Shown in pieces: positions 40,583 through 50,305 of a stretch of 64,000 nucleotides of DNA. The stretch's first letter is position 1. Each line of letters starts with the position of its first letter. The notes under the pieces are model-generated. The model worked only from the letters and a program-made list of their open reading frames with translations. It was not told where the DNA came from and searched no databases. The DNA lies in assembly GCA_034530875.2 (NCBI GenBank), contig JAVRCJ020000018.1:32001-96000 (forward strand), given 5' to 3'. Position numbers and translations under genes: made by a program. This DNA comes from Nostoc sp. DedSLP01 (lineage in GTDB: Bacteria > Cyanobacteriota > Cyanobacteriia > Cyanobacteriales > Nostocaceae).

Positions 40583-40922
40583 ATTTACCAGTCTGCTTAC
40601 GACACCAAATCAGAATATTTGCGTAACCTTGTTGTACATGACAAGTTTCAAATAATGCACTGTTAAGCGTTCTCAGAACTTGGTCTGGATTTTCCAAGAT
40701 TTCTTGCCGTCTAGATAAAAGCGGTATCTTCCAGTTAGCTAAGCCGTTTGGTGCAAATTGGAAATTTTGAAAATATCCATATTTGCACTCAGCTGTATGC
40801 TGACCTTTAATAAGACAACATTGGATCTCGATAAATCCAGCAGTATTGGATTGCTCAAGCCAAACTATGTGTTGTTGGCACGAGTCAAGGATTTGCTTTA
40901 TCGGAAAAGGTACATGCTCCAT
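40536..40922 (-). CDS. Hypothetical protein (~128 aa)
   Basis: ORF 40536..40973; first ATG at 40922; divergent from the 898-aa gene. Confidence 0.6.
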   Translation of the reverse strand: MEHVPFPIKQILDSCQQHIVWLEQSNTAGFIEIQCCLIKGQHTAECKYGYFQNFQFAPNGLANWKIPLLSRRQEILENPDQVLRTLNSALFETCHVQQGYANILIWCRKQTGKYGFEFSPSIRHGLKL

Positions 40923-41083
40923 AGAATGTAAATTCAACAGTACTGATAAATTTAACAAAACATGTAAAATCAAAAAGTATCATAAACTACATAATTTCAT
41001 TTTATCAAGCGATTTTTATGCAAAACAAGTCTTTTAAAGTCAATTATGTATTAAAAACGACAAAAAAAATCATCGCTTTAATT

Positions 41084-41110
41084 TTTAATGTAAACTGAAT
41101 TTACATTAAA
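41084..41110. promoter_or_regulatory. Candidate operator, 11-bp perfect inverted repeat
   Basis: TTTAATGTAAA-CTGAA-TTTACATTAAA, 9 bp before the ATG of an HTH protein. Confidence 0.45.
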
Positions 41111-41119
41111 CTATTCGTT

Positions 41120-43816
41120 ATGGCTAGAATCAACAGTATGAGCCAAGAAAATGTTGAAGATCAAGAAGAGCTACGAGAGCTGCTGCACTTCTACTTAAAT
41201 AAAATGGCAGCAACGCAGGCGGAGCTATCAAAAGGGATGGATGTTAGCCGTCCAGTTGTAATTAATTTCTTGAAAAAAGGTAAAAAGCAGCGATTGCCAG
41301 TCGATCGTAAAAGCTTGATCCAACTATGCGAGAGTCTTCAGAAAGGTGAAGTATCAAAAAAGAAGCTAAAGACAGAGATTGAGAGCAATCTGCAAAAAAC
41401 GGAAGCTAATGTTGATGAAGTGGCTAATGCTGAAAAAATGCGTGAGTTGTTGGCAAAGATTGGCGTAGACGAGTTGCTAGAGTCCGCCGGGTTTTTGCCG
41501 GAAAAAACCAAAATAATTCGGGTAACTCCAGAAAGATTTTTTCAAGTTGCTCAGGTAGTTGCGTTGCTTGAGTTTCTTGAATTTGAAGATTTAGTATCTA
41601 CAACCCAGGAATTCTTAGCGATCGCCACTAACAAAATAGCAATTGCCAGCAAAAAACGTTTTCCAGAAAATCAAAATCCTCAGGACAACGATTACTTAAA
41701 ATATCTTATTCATAGTCTCAAAAATGACTCAAAGCAAAATGAAACTCACCCAACACTAGGTTTAAAACTGAGACTTGAAGTAATTGACAAGCTACAGCGA
41801 ACTTGGAGCAAACTTAAAGCTGGAGGCAAGAAAAACTTCACTCAGCAAGAAGCGATTAGACTATTCGCGAGTATCGCTATCAAGGAGCAGATGCCTAAAA
41901 ATGTACCTAACCTTCATATTAGAGTTCAAAAAACCGAATTTCAAACTTTATCTAAGTCTATTAATGTAGAAGACGATTATAAGGACTTATACCATAAATT
42001 TGTCAAGATTGCTTATCAAGCAGAATCCGATCTTAAAACTCCAGATTCAGACTTAAAAAATTCAAAACAAGACGATTCCTCTGAATTTGTCGAGATTGCT
42101 TATCAAGCAGAATCCGATCTGGAAACTCCAGGTTCAAACTTAAAAAATTCAAAAAAAGATAAGTTTTTTGATTTGCTTAATCCGATTATTATGGCGATCG
42201 TAACTTGTAGCTTTAATTATAATAATGAAGATAATAATGAAGAATCTCAAGAATTGATTGAGTGGATTTATACCTCTGGAAACACAATTCTAGAGAATGC
42301 TATAGGTGCTTGTTGCCTACATTTGGGATTGACAGAAGATATAAGTAATATCAACATATCAACAAAAACCTTAGACAGCAGCATTGATTCCTTAGTGGAA
42401 ACAACTGTCATGTTAGGAAACGAACAAAAGTATCAAGGAATTTGGGTTGACCGAGATTCAATGATTACTATGCTACAAGCAATTGTATATGCTACTAAAC
42501 AATGGCTAGTAGATCAAAGTACCAATGACAAACTCGATATAGAAATCTACGTCTCAGCTTGTAAAGCTCTTGCTGATTTAAGGAAGCGATTAACTAAAGT
42601 CAGAAAAGCTTTTCAAAATTTTCAGTTCCTTGATGATGAGTGTAAGCCTGCTGAAATCAATAAAATTGCTGAGATAGCTAAGGAGGAATTGAAAAAACTT
42701 CCCCAAGAAAAGATTTATTTTTCATATCGACTCAACTTTTATCGTTGTTATTGTGTTGCCAAACGGCTGGAGATTAGACTATCTAACACTCAAGGAAACA
42801 TTAGTATCCTAAAATCATTGATTGAAGAAATACAAAAAGTAATTGAAGAAGATGAAGAAGTAAAAAAAGAGCTTATTCCTATACAAGCTCTAATTCAGTC
42901 AGAAATTTATTTGTACGAACTTTCCTGCGGACACGAATCAAGTTTATTTGAATTTCAGCAAAGGAGCAATTGGCTCGAATTAGAAGACTGGCATAGTAAA
43001 ATTAAAAGCGCAATTCTTAAAGAAGGATCGTGCTACAAAGACCCTGGTTTAGATATTTATAAAGCCTTATCTGAAATTTATGGAAATGCTGCGCGAATAG
43101 AGTTTTATCTGAGCGACGATAAAAATATACTTGAAGAAACCGCAAAAAATTTTCTGAAAGCTGCTCACTATGCATTACGTATTGGTTCAACTCAGCGGGT
43201 GACTAGATGGTTAGCTTTAGCAGGACGAGTCTGGGTAAGACTGGGAGATAGTAAACTATCAATACAGGCTTTCAAACTTGCTAAAAACTTGGCTGATGCT
43301 GATTTAACAACTGGCCACAGTCAGAATTTTCGCGAAGCTGTTCTTTCAGAAATTTTTTTACTATATGGAGAGTATCTCCTATTGATTGAAAACGATCCTA
43401 CTAATGCTTTAGAGTATTTTTTAAAAGCGCTTAAAGGTTCTGTATATTTAGGTTTGAATAAACGCATTTGCGATGCACTATTTGATATTTCCAGATGTGC
43501 AAAAAAGCTTGGTAACTTCAGTACTAAAGAGGGAATCACAAGGGTATTTGTACAAGAAGACCAGTTAACTGAATCAAATAAAGGAAAATTAAATCCCACA
43601 AGTAACCGCACTTCTGAGAAAGTTTTAGATTTACTTTGTTTATTATGGAATAGAGAAGATAATCCAAGCTGGTTTCAGATACAGAGCGAATTTTCTAAAC
43701 TAGCCGCAGATATTTGGCAAGGATGGCATACCGATACATCTAACGCTGAAATAATAACAAAACATCCGATCGCCAAACGGATAGAAGATGAATCCTGGCT
43801 TTGTCAAATTCAGTAG
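41120..43816 (+). CDS. Large hypothetical protein, N-terminal XRE-like HTH and C-terminal TPR-like helices
   Basis: ATQAELSKGMDVSRPVVINFL resembles an XRE HTH; AAHYALRIG and ALEYFLKAL are TPR-like. Confidence 0.75.
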   Translation: MARINSMSQENVEDQEELRELLHFYLNKMAATQAELSKGMDVSRPVVINFLKKGKKQRLPVDRKSLIQLCESLQKGEVSKKKLKTEIESNLQKTEANVDEVANAEKMRELLAKIGVDELLESAGFLPEKTKIIRVTPERFFQVAQVVALLEFLEFEDLVSTTQEFLAIATNKIAIASKKRFPENQNPQDNDYLKYLIHSLKNDSKQNETHPTLGLKLRLEVIDKLQRTWSKLKAGGKKNFTQQEAIRLFASIAIKEQMPKNVPNLHIRVQKTEFQTLSKSINVEDDYKDLYHKFVKIAYQAESDLKTPDSDLKNSKQDDSSEFVEIAYQAESDLETPGSNLKNSKKDKFFDLLNPIIMAIVTCSFNYNNEDNNEESQELIEWIYTSGNTILENAIGACCLHLGLTEDISNINISTKTLDSSIDSLVETTVMLGNEQKYQGIWVDRDSMITMLQAIVYATKQWLVDQSTNDKLDIEIYVSACKALADLRKRLTKVRKAFQNFQFLDDECKPAEINKIAEIAKEELKKLPQEKIYFSYRLNFYRCYCVAKRLEIRLSNTQGNISILKSLIEEIQKVIEEDEEVKKELIPIQALIQSEIYLYELSCGHESSLFEFQQRSNWLELEDWHSKIKSAILKEGSCYKDPGLDIYKALSEIYGNAARIEFYLSDDKNILEETAKNFLKAAHYALRIGSTQRVTRWLALAGRVWVRLGDSKLSIQAFKLAKNLADADLTTGHSQNFREAVLSEIFLLYGEYLLLIENDPTNALEYFLKALKGSVYLGLNKRICDALFDISRCAKKLGNFSTKEGITRVFVQEDQLTESNKGKLNPTSNRTSEKVLDLLCLLWNREDNPSWFQIQSEFSKLAADIWQGWHTDTSNAEIITKHPIAKRIEDESWLCQIQ

Positions 43817-43935
43817 GCTGAAAGGTTTGGCGATGCTTATCATTTAAACTGACGCCAAGACAGGGAGATACTCCGACGCGGAGATTTTTTTGATCGATGA
43901 TTAAGCGGACATGATATAAAAGCTTGTTGGCGCAT

Positions 43936-46488
43936 TTAGCTTGTTGAAGTCAACTTAATAGGAATCTCAATTTGAAACTCAGCTCCCTGTCCTGGTGTTG
44001 ATAAACAAGTAAATTTTCCCTGATGCTTGTCCACTATAATTTGATAGCTAATTGATAACCCTAACCCCGTACCTATCCCCACTGGCTTAGTTGTGAAGAA
44101 GGGATCGAACAAGCGTTTTAGTACATTCTCTGGTATTCCTGGCCCGTTATCAGCAAAAGTAATCAGGATTTGTTTTGGGTCAGATACTTCTGTACGGATA
44201 CGGATAGTACTGGGTGTTTGTTGGATCTGTTCGATAGACCGCTTTGAATCTCTTTCTTCTAATGCATCTAAAGCATTAACTAGAATGTTCATGAAAACTT
44301 GATTGATCTGTCCGGGGTAGCATTCTACTAAAGGTAGGTGGCCGTATTCCTTAATAATTTCAATTGCTGGACGGTTATGTTGTGCCTTAAAGCGATGTTC
44401 TAGAATTACTAAAGTGCTGTCAATGCCCGAATGAATGTCTACAGTTTTATACTCTGCTTCATCCATGCGGGAGAAATTTCGTAAAGAAAGAACAATTTTT
44501 TTGATCCGGTCTGCACCCATTTTCATTGAGGAGAGCAACTTAACCAGATCCGCCATCAAAAATTCCAAGTCAATACTTTCTATCCTGTCTTGAATAACTT
44601 GTGGCGGATTTGGGTAATATTGTTGATAAAGTTGAATCAACTCAAGCAAATTATTTATATATTCGTTAGCAGGCTCAATATTACTGTAAATAAAGCTTGT
44701 AGGATTGTTAATTTCGTGAGCAACTCCGGCAACCAATTGACCGAGAGAAGACATTTTTTCGTTCTGTATAAGATGAGTCTGGGTGTATTGGAGTTCCTTA
44801 AGAGTGTGTTCCAAATCTTGTGCTTTTTGCCGTAATGCTTCTTCAGCAGCTTTTAGTTCGCTGATATCCCTTGCAACTGTTGAGAAATACTCAAGCTCTC
44901 CATCGGGTGATTTGTGAGCAATGATTAGTTGAGAAAGGGGAATTTCCTTGCCATCTGCTCCTAAAAGAGCCGTTTCTCCTACCCAACTACCTAATAGCAC
45001 TGATTGTGGTACTCCTTGATTCGCAATCAGCTCGTTTGCCCAAGTTGGATGATTTTGAGATAAATGTCTGCCTTCAAATGATTCTTCTTCCTTAATTCCT
45101 AACATCTTGCGAGCTGCTTGATTAAAGTAGAGAACTCGCCCAGTTAAGTCAGCAGTGCTAATAAAGTCTGGGGCTGCTTCTATAATTGCTAACAACTTTG
45201 CTTGTTCTTTGTTTGCTTCTAGGCGATCTCTAATATCACGAGAAACACCAACTGTCATCATGACTTGACCTTGTTCGTTAAAAATAGGAGATTTGATTGT
45301 ATGAAATAAGCGTACTTCGCCATCGTGCTTGGTTACTGGTTCTTGGAGAATTTCTAGAGTTTGTCCAGTTTCAAATACGTAAGCATCATCTTTGATGTAC
45401 TGGAGAGTATAGTCAGGCTCGTTGAAGGGTGCATCAATCGTGTCTTGAAGTTGTTCTTCACTCATGCCGTAATAATCACGGAATGCTTTGTTTGCCCAAA
45501 TAATCCGAGATTTAGCACCTTTAACCAGCACCATATCAGCGATCGCATCAAGGATTTGTTGATAAATCTTTTCGTTTTCGCGCAGGGCAGTTTCAAAAGA
45601 CTTTACTTTCGTAACGTCTTGTACTATCGAGACAATACTGATTACTTGGCAGTCACAGTCGAGAATCGGAATGCTATACCACTGACAAATAATAACTTTT
45701 CCATCTTTGGTGAGATTTTTACTAACATTGTTAGCTTCCACTTTCTGTTCAAGGAATTGGGCTAGCATTTTGCTAGTTTGCAAGCGATCGCTTTTTAAAA
45801 CGATTGCTTCTGTAACCTGCAAACCAAGTACTTCACGTTCGCTGTATGCAAATAATTTTTCAGCCGCCGGATTCCATCCTATTATTTCAAGTGCTGTATT
45901 CCACTCAATTATCGGTAAAGGATTGCGTTGTTTTAGTAAAGTTAGCTTTTCTTGCAAAGATTTTAAATTTTGCTCTGAAAGTTGGGAGCTTGGATTTACT
46001 GGGTTATCTTGGAGTATGCGATCGCCAAAATTTTCTCTACTATCAATGAATGCACTTTTATGGTCGATAACAGGTATAAATAATCCATTAAAAATAACTC
46101 GCTCGGTACATTGATGCTCGATTTTAGAGAAAGATTGAAACCGCTTATATTTACCATCCGGTAAACCTATACGTCCTTCCCAATACCAATTATGTAAAGT
46201 TTGCTGGGCAAGTTGTAGCGATTCTTGAAAACTCTTTTGGTCTGCTGGATGCATTAAGGAAATTAAATTTTGAATATCTCCTTGGATTTCTAATGATTTT
46301 ACCTTCAGTAAATCTGCACAATTAGGGCTAATATAATTACATTCTATAAAACTATTTTTATAATAAGTAACTTGGTAAAGTATGCTTGATATCTCAGAAG
46401 TAATTTGATGAAATTTATTTTCGATTTGCTGATTTTCTATTTGATATGAATAAACACGGCTTGAGTCAGTCCACTCAAAATTTTCCAT
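43936..46488 (-). CDS. Multi-PAS sensor histidine kinase
   Basis: PAS motifs (WNPAAEKLFAYS, WANKAF, YFNQAAR), AHEINNP, DPFFTTKPVGIGTGLGL. Confidence 0.92.
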   Translation of the reverse strand: MENFEWTDSSRVYSYQIENQQIENKFHQITSEISSILYQVTYYKNSFIECNYISPNCADLLKVKSLEIQGDIQNLISLMHPADQKSFQESLQLAQQTLHNWYWEGRIGLPDGKYKRFQSFSKIEHQCTERVIFNGLFIPVIDHKSAFIDSRENFGDRILQDNPVNPSSQLSEQNLKSLQEKLTLLKQRNPLPIIEWNTALEIIGWNPAAEKLFAYSEREVLGLQVTEAIVLKSDRLQTSKMLAQFLEQKVEANNVSKNLTKDGKVIICQWYSIPILDCDCQVISIVSIVQDVTKVKSFETALRENEKIYQQILDAIADMVLVKGAKSRIIWANKAFRDYYGMSEEQLQDTIDAPFNEPDYTLQYIKDDAYVFETGQTLEILQEPVTKHDGEVRLFHTIKSPIFNEQGQVMMTVGVSRDIRDRLEANKEQAKLLAIIEAAPDFISTADLTGRVLYFNQAARKMLGIKEEESFEGRHLSQNHPTWANELIANQGVPQSVLLGSWVGETALLGADGKEIPLSQLIIAHKSPDGELEYFSTVARDISELKAAEEALRQKAQDLEHTLKELQYTQTHLIQNEKMSSLGQLVAGVAHEINNPTSFIYSNIEPANEYINNLLELIQLYQQYYPNPPQVIQDRIESIDLEFLMADLVKLLSSMKMGADRIKKIVLSLRNFSRMDEAEYKTVDIHSGIDSTLVILEHRFKAQHNRPAIEIIKEYGHLPLVECYPGQINQVFMNILVNALDALEERDSKRSIEQIQQTPSTIRIRTEVSDPKQILITFADNGPGIPENVLKRLFDPFFTTKPVGIGTGLGLSISYQIIVDKHQGKFTCLSTPGQGAEFQIEIPIKLTSTS

Positions 46489-47023
46489 ATTAATTTGCTT
46501 CTTAAATTAACAGACAAGAAATATACCCAAATTCTTAGCTGTTGTGCCTTTGGTAGATAGTATTTTAGTGCTAATACTTAATAATTTAAGTATTTGTTCA
46601 TTTTAATGGAACAGTAATATTACTAATTTTCCGATTACTTTAACTTAGCTTTAATTTGAAACTTCATTATATTAAGAGTTTTACCTCCAGCATAGCTTGC
46701 CTGAGTAAAATATCTAATTGATGGTTATAACGCTGGAAATATCAAGCTTTTAAACAGGTGGGCAGATAGCGATCGCTTCTAAAGCTGTAGCGTAAAGTCA
46801 ACCCAAAGAAAATCTGCTTTAAAATTGAAAGAACCAGTAGTTTATACAAAACTACTAAGAGCTTTTTTGAATTAGTTATCCATTGGAATTAGCGGGTATA
46901 TCGCAAGAAGTAACAGTAATTCATTCTGAAGATTATTCAGGATTGGTTCTGTTGGCAGAAGGAATCTGAATGTTGAGATTGTTATTGTGTATTTGTCAGT
47001 AAAAACTATTTCTCAAAAGAACA

Positions 47024-47296
47024 ATGAATATTCTTGCTTGGATTGTTTTAGGTCTAATCGCTGGTGCTATTGCTAAAGCTATTTACCCCGGCCATCAAGG
47101 CGGCGGAATTTTAGGAACAATTGTATTAGGAATTATTGGTGCTTTCGTTGGTGGTAGCTTGGGCGTATTCTTCAGTACGGGAACGTTGACACTAGCTGCT
47201 CCCACACTCAGCATACCCGGGATTGCAGTGGCAGTTCTTGGTGCAATTATTGCAGTTTTCTTGTGGAACTTGTTAAATCGCCGCAGTACCATCTAA
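47024..47296 (+). CDS. GlsB/YeaQ/YmgE (transglycosylase-associated) membrane protein
   Basis: MNILAWIVLGLIAGAIAK...GIIGAFVGG signature. Confidence 0.9.
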   Translation: MNILAWIVLGLIAGAIAKAIYPGHQGGGILGTIVLGIIGAFVGGSLGVFFSTGTLTLAAPTLSIPGIAVAVLGAIIAVFLWNLLNRRSTI

Positions 47297-47377
47297 AAAA
47301 TTAAATTGTAATTAATTATTTTGTAAAAATCAGGGAATCGATTTTATTATATTTTTCCCTGAATTAAATTAAAAGAT

Positions 47378-47407
47378 TAGCGCTTACTTCTAGTTAAGTA
47401 AGCGCTA
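47378..47407. terminator. Hairpin between convergent genes
   Basis: TAGCGCTTACTT-N6-AAGTAAGCGCTA. Confidence 0.6.
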
Positions 47408-47549
47408 TTATTACTTTGATAATAAAGCTCGCAAACCGTATGCTGCGATTTGTAGGTAACAGCACATTGCGAGCGAATGACTAATTAATATCAGTCTTTC
47501 TCTACACCCCACGCCCTGCCTCAAAAGATAACTTTGCAATCTACTGAGA

Positions 47550-48341
47550 TTAGGCAATTCGAGTTACCTGCTGATTCACGCGGGGACGGCCAAAGCGTTC
47601 CCAAGCACTTCCTCCGCGCAGAAATAGTTCTAAGAAGCGTAACGGTTCTGTTTCCTTGCCGACTGACCAACCAGAACTACCAGGGGCAAAGGCTAAAGTT
47701 CCTTCAGGCACTTTGAAGCTGCCATCAGAATACACTGCATCGCTGACCACATCTCCAATGCGGATGACGATTTTGGTTTGAGGCTGCAAGTTAAGTGTAT
47801 GCGCTGCAATAGTGGTTTTGATATTTCCATAGCCATCAATCCAAGCAATTCGATCTGGTGGCACATCTGGAATTTGCTCGCTGTTGAGGCGATCGCCCAA
47901 AAAGCTAAAATCTTCATTCATAATGGCCGCAGCTGCGGCTGGAAACACATCCCGCGAACGAAACTGCGAACCCCCACGAGAAACATTTACTACTCGCAAT
48001 TCCTGAGTATGGTCTTTGATAAACGAGAGAGTGTAGCCTGCAAAGACACCCACTACTTTTACACCATTGGATAAAAGGGCATAGGTTAGTCCTTCACCTT
48101 CATTGTCTCGCCGGGCTTCGGGATCGTCCTGACGAGGCGCACAATTATGATAAATCAGCCGTTCGTTAGGGCCTGGGTTCAGTCCCAATTGGGCAATCCA
48201 GAAACCTGTTGCTAAAGTACTGAATGGCGGAACCGAAAGTAAGTGAATTTGGGCGTGAGGAAAAGCCATCAGCAGACGTTGCGTAACTTCAGTAAATGCT
48301 GGATCTCCCGTACCGTAGTCTGCAATAACGCAGATAAACAT
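47550..48341 (-). CDS. SAM hydroxide adenosyltransferase/halogenase (DUF62) family protein
   Basis: ADYGTGD N terminus, SRDVF, WIDGYGNIKTT, GSSG...LELF motifs. Confidence 0.8.
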   Translation of the reverse strand: MFICVIADYGTGDPAFTEVTQRLLMAFPHAQIHLLSVPPFSTLATGFWIAQLGLNPGPNERLIYHNCAPRQDDPEARRDNEGEGLTYALLSNGVKVVGVFAGYTLSFIKDHTQELRVVNVSRGGSQFRSRDVFPAAAAAIMNEDFSFLGDRLNSEQIPDVPPDRIAWIDGYGNIKTTIAAHTLNLQPQTKIVIRIGDVVSDAVYSDGSFKVPEGTLAFAPGSSGWSVGKETEPLRFLELFLRGGSAWERFGRPRVNQQVTRIA

Positions 48342-48392
48342 TTTGCCTCTCCTCTTAAATGAGTGGTAATTGGGAATTAATGCTCAGGCCGT

Positions 48393-48504
48393 GGCGTTGC
48401 TGAATTGCACCATGAATACACATGTAAAGACGTTGCAATGCAACGTCTCTACAAGGATTTTGATATGATACACAATCGTTTTCATACATCAAATCAGCAA
48501 CGCC
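48393..48504. mobile_element. 112-bp MITE (GGCGTTGCTGA ends) with internal REP-like palindrome
   Basis: 11-bp inverted ends; flanks CAGGCCGT/CAGTCCGT; internal GTAAAGACGTTGCAATGCAACGTCTCTAC. Confidence 0.7.
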
Positions 48505-48672
48505 CAGTCCGTAGTATTAAAAGCTATTAGACTTCTTGGACAGGTGGGTAAAGGGTAAAGGGGTAAGAAAAAACTTTTTCCCTTTAATTTGCTTCATCAG
48601 CAGTCTAAATGTAATCTCGGCTCCAGAGCAAGTGCAAAACAATTAGTGGCTCCTCTGAATCCCCCACTTTCC

Positions 48673-48734
48673 TGTTCTGACTCCTGTTAGCGTAGCGGGG
48701 CGTAGCCCATTCTGACTTCTGAATTCTTCTTCAA
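48673..48734. repeat. 62-bp dispersed repeat, copy 1
   Basis: Differs by one base from 62714..62775. Confidence 0.8.
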
Positions 48735-48742
48735 TATTTTAT

Positions 48743-48940
48743 CTATCTAAGCTTTTCTAGCGCTTCGCTCACATCGCTGAGGGTATTATAATCCTTATAA
48801 GGTATTTTCTTCAAAGCCCGCAGCACTTTTTCATCAAAGCCTTTTTCTTCGGCATTTTTAATCAAATCTTTCTTGCTGATTGGATATTCAACTTCATTCA
48901 AGCTTTTATTTAGCTGCACTAAATTTAGCGTACTCATCAT
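48743..48940 (-). CDS. DUF2795-family small protein
   Basis: LNEVEYPISKKDLIKNA...Y....DV pattern; AAGGAG RBS. Confidence 0.8.
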   Translation of the reverse strand: MMSTLNLVQLNKSLNEVEYPISKKDLIKNAEEKGFDEKVLRALKKIPYKDYNTLSDVSEALEKLR

Positions 48941-49586
48941 GCTGATTCTCCTTAATTAGGTAAAGTTGTGTACTCATATCAGCAGATAAAAATCATCCGA
49001 TTTCAAGTTGGAGATTTTAAATTAATTACCCAGATGAATCTGCTTGCTCCTATCCTCAAGACATGGTTGATTAGTTAGTCAATTAAAAAAATTCAGGCTG
49101 ATTGTAATCACATATACTTTCCGGTGTAAAAGGCTTTCCTGGCATCATACTAATGATAGATTTTGAGCCGAGCTAAGCTATTAAGCTATTCCACATTTAA
49201 GTTGCATAATTTGGCTAGAAAGCCAGGCCAAATTATGCAACGCCAGATGTTTTTCAGCTTGTTTTGACTGTTGATACCGTCTCTTTGTGAAGCTGCGCCA
49301 AATCCTAACTTTTTTCAACGCATAGGCGCTTCTCTACGAGACGCTACGCGTAGCTTGCTTCTCCGTAGGAGTACGCCTTCCCCGTAGCAGGAGGTTAGCG
49401 CAAAGGTACGCAGAGATTTTCTTGCATATAACTTCTCTATGCCCCAAAATAATTAGGCGCATCTTCATAGAGAATTGGTATGAAATGCCAGATCGGTATT
49501 TGGGCAAAATGCGCGATCGCAACTAATTGCGTTATATCGCACCAAATATCCCGCATCAGATAGGCTCTAGGTAACCCATCTACAAT

Positions 49587-49817
49587 TTATAGCTTTGAAT
49601 AAAGTGCTGGGTTAAAAGAAAATCCAGGCGGTAAGGGTTGGGGATTAAGTGCTACCCAATCGACAGAAAATAGCGAAATAGTACTCGAAATACTACTAGG
49701 TGGTGGCAGTGGCAAAGTTGGCGAACCACCATTAATAGATTGCGCTTGTGTGTCGGTAAGTTCAATCTCTTGAAGATAGATATCTTCAATGACTAGTTTT
49801 TTTGAATTTGGCATCAT
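49587..49817 (-). CDS. Double-glycine-leader (bacteriocin-like) peptide with ALNPQPLPP motif
   Basis: ELTDTQAQSINGG leader-like segment followed by a Pro/Ser-rich core. Confidence 0.6.
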   Translation of the reverse strand: MMPNSKKLVIEDIYLQEIELTDTQAQSINGGSPTLPLPPPSSISSTISLFSVDWVALNPQPLPPGFSFNPALYSKL

Positions 49818-50001
49818 ACGTTTTGGCTAAGTTTGAAATTCAATTAACAGTATCAGATTGTGTTCTGACAATTATAATTTCAAGCGATATCATCTCAATT
49901 CCGCTGCACGCAAAACGAAAATTTACATAGCTTAAAACGGCTGGCTATCCTCATAATGCCAAACTAGCAATCTCAGCACAGGCAGACTTCGCCCTCATAA
50001 C

Positions 50002-50160
50002 TCATACCAATTCACAATGGGCTACGCCCCGCTGCGTACTCCTTCGGAGAAGCAAGCTACGCGCAGCGTCTCGTAGAGAAGAGAGCAATTAAAAAACTTA
50101 GATGCAGCAAAGCTTTGGTGCGTTTACATCTGTATCACATTTTTCGTGAAATGTTATCAG
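50002..50160 (-). mobile_element. MITE-like element carrying nested small repeats
   Basis: Reverse-complement homolog of 21361..21518 with a different insert. Confidence 0.65.
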
Positions 50161-50305
50161 GCATTGTCAGTAGCTATCTTAAAACAACCTGGAGCAGCAA
50201 AACATTCTAGGCTTGGATAGCAGCAAGCCCAGATTTTATTATCACCTGCAAACTTTATGACTATGATGCTTTCTTCTATAGAAGTCCTAAATCATTTGTA
50301 AAAAA

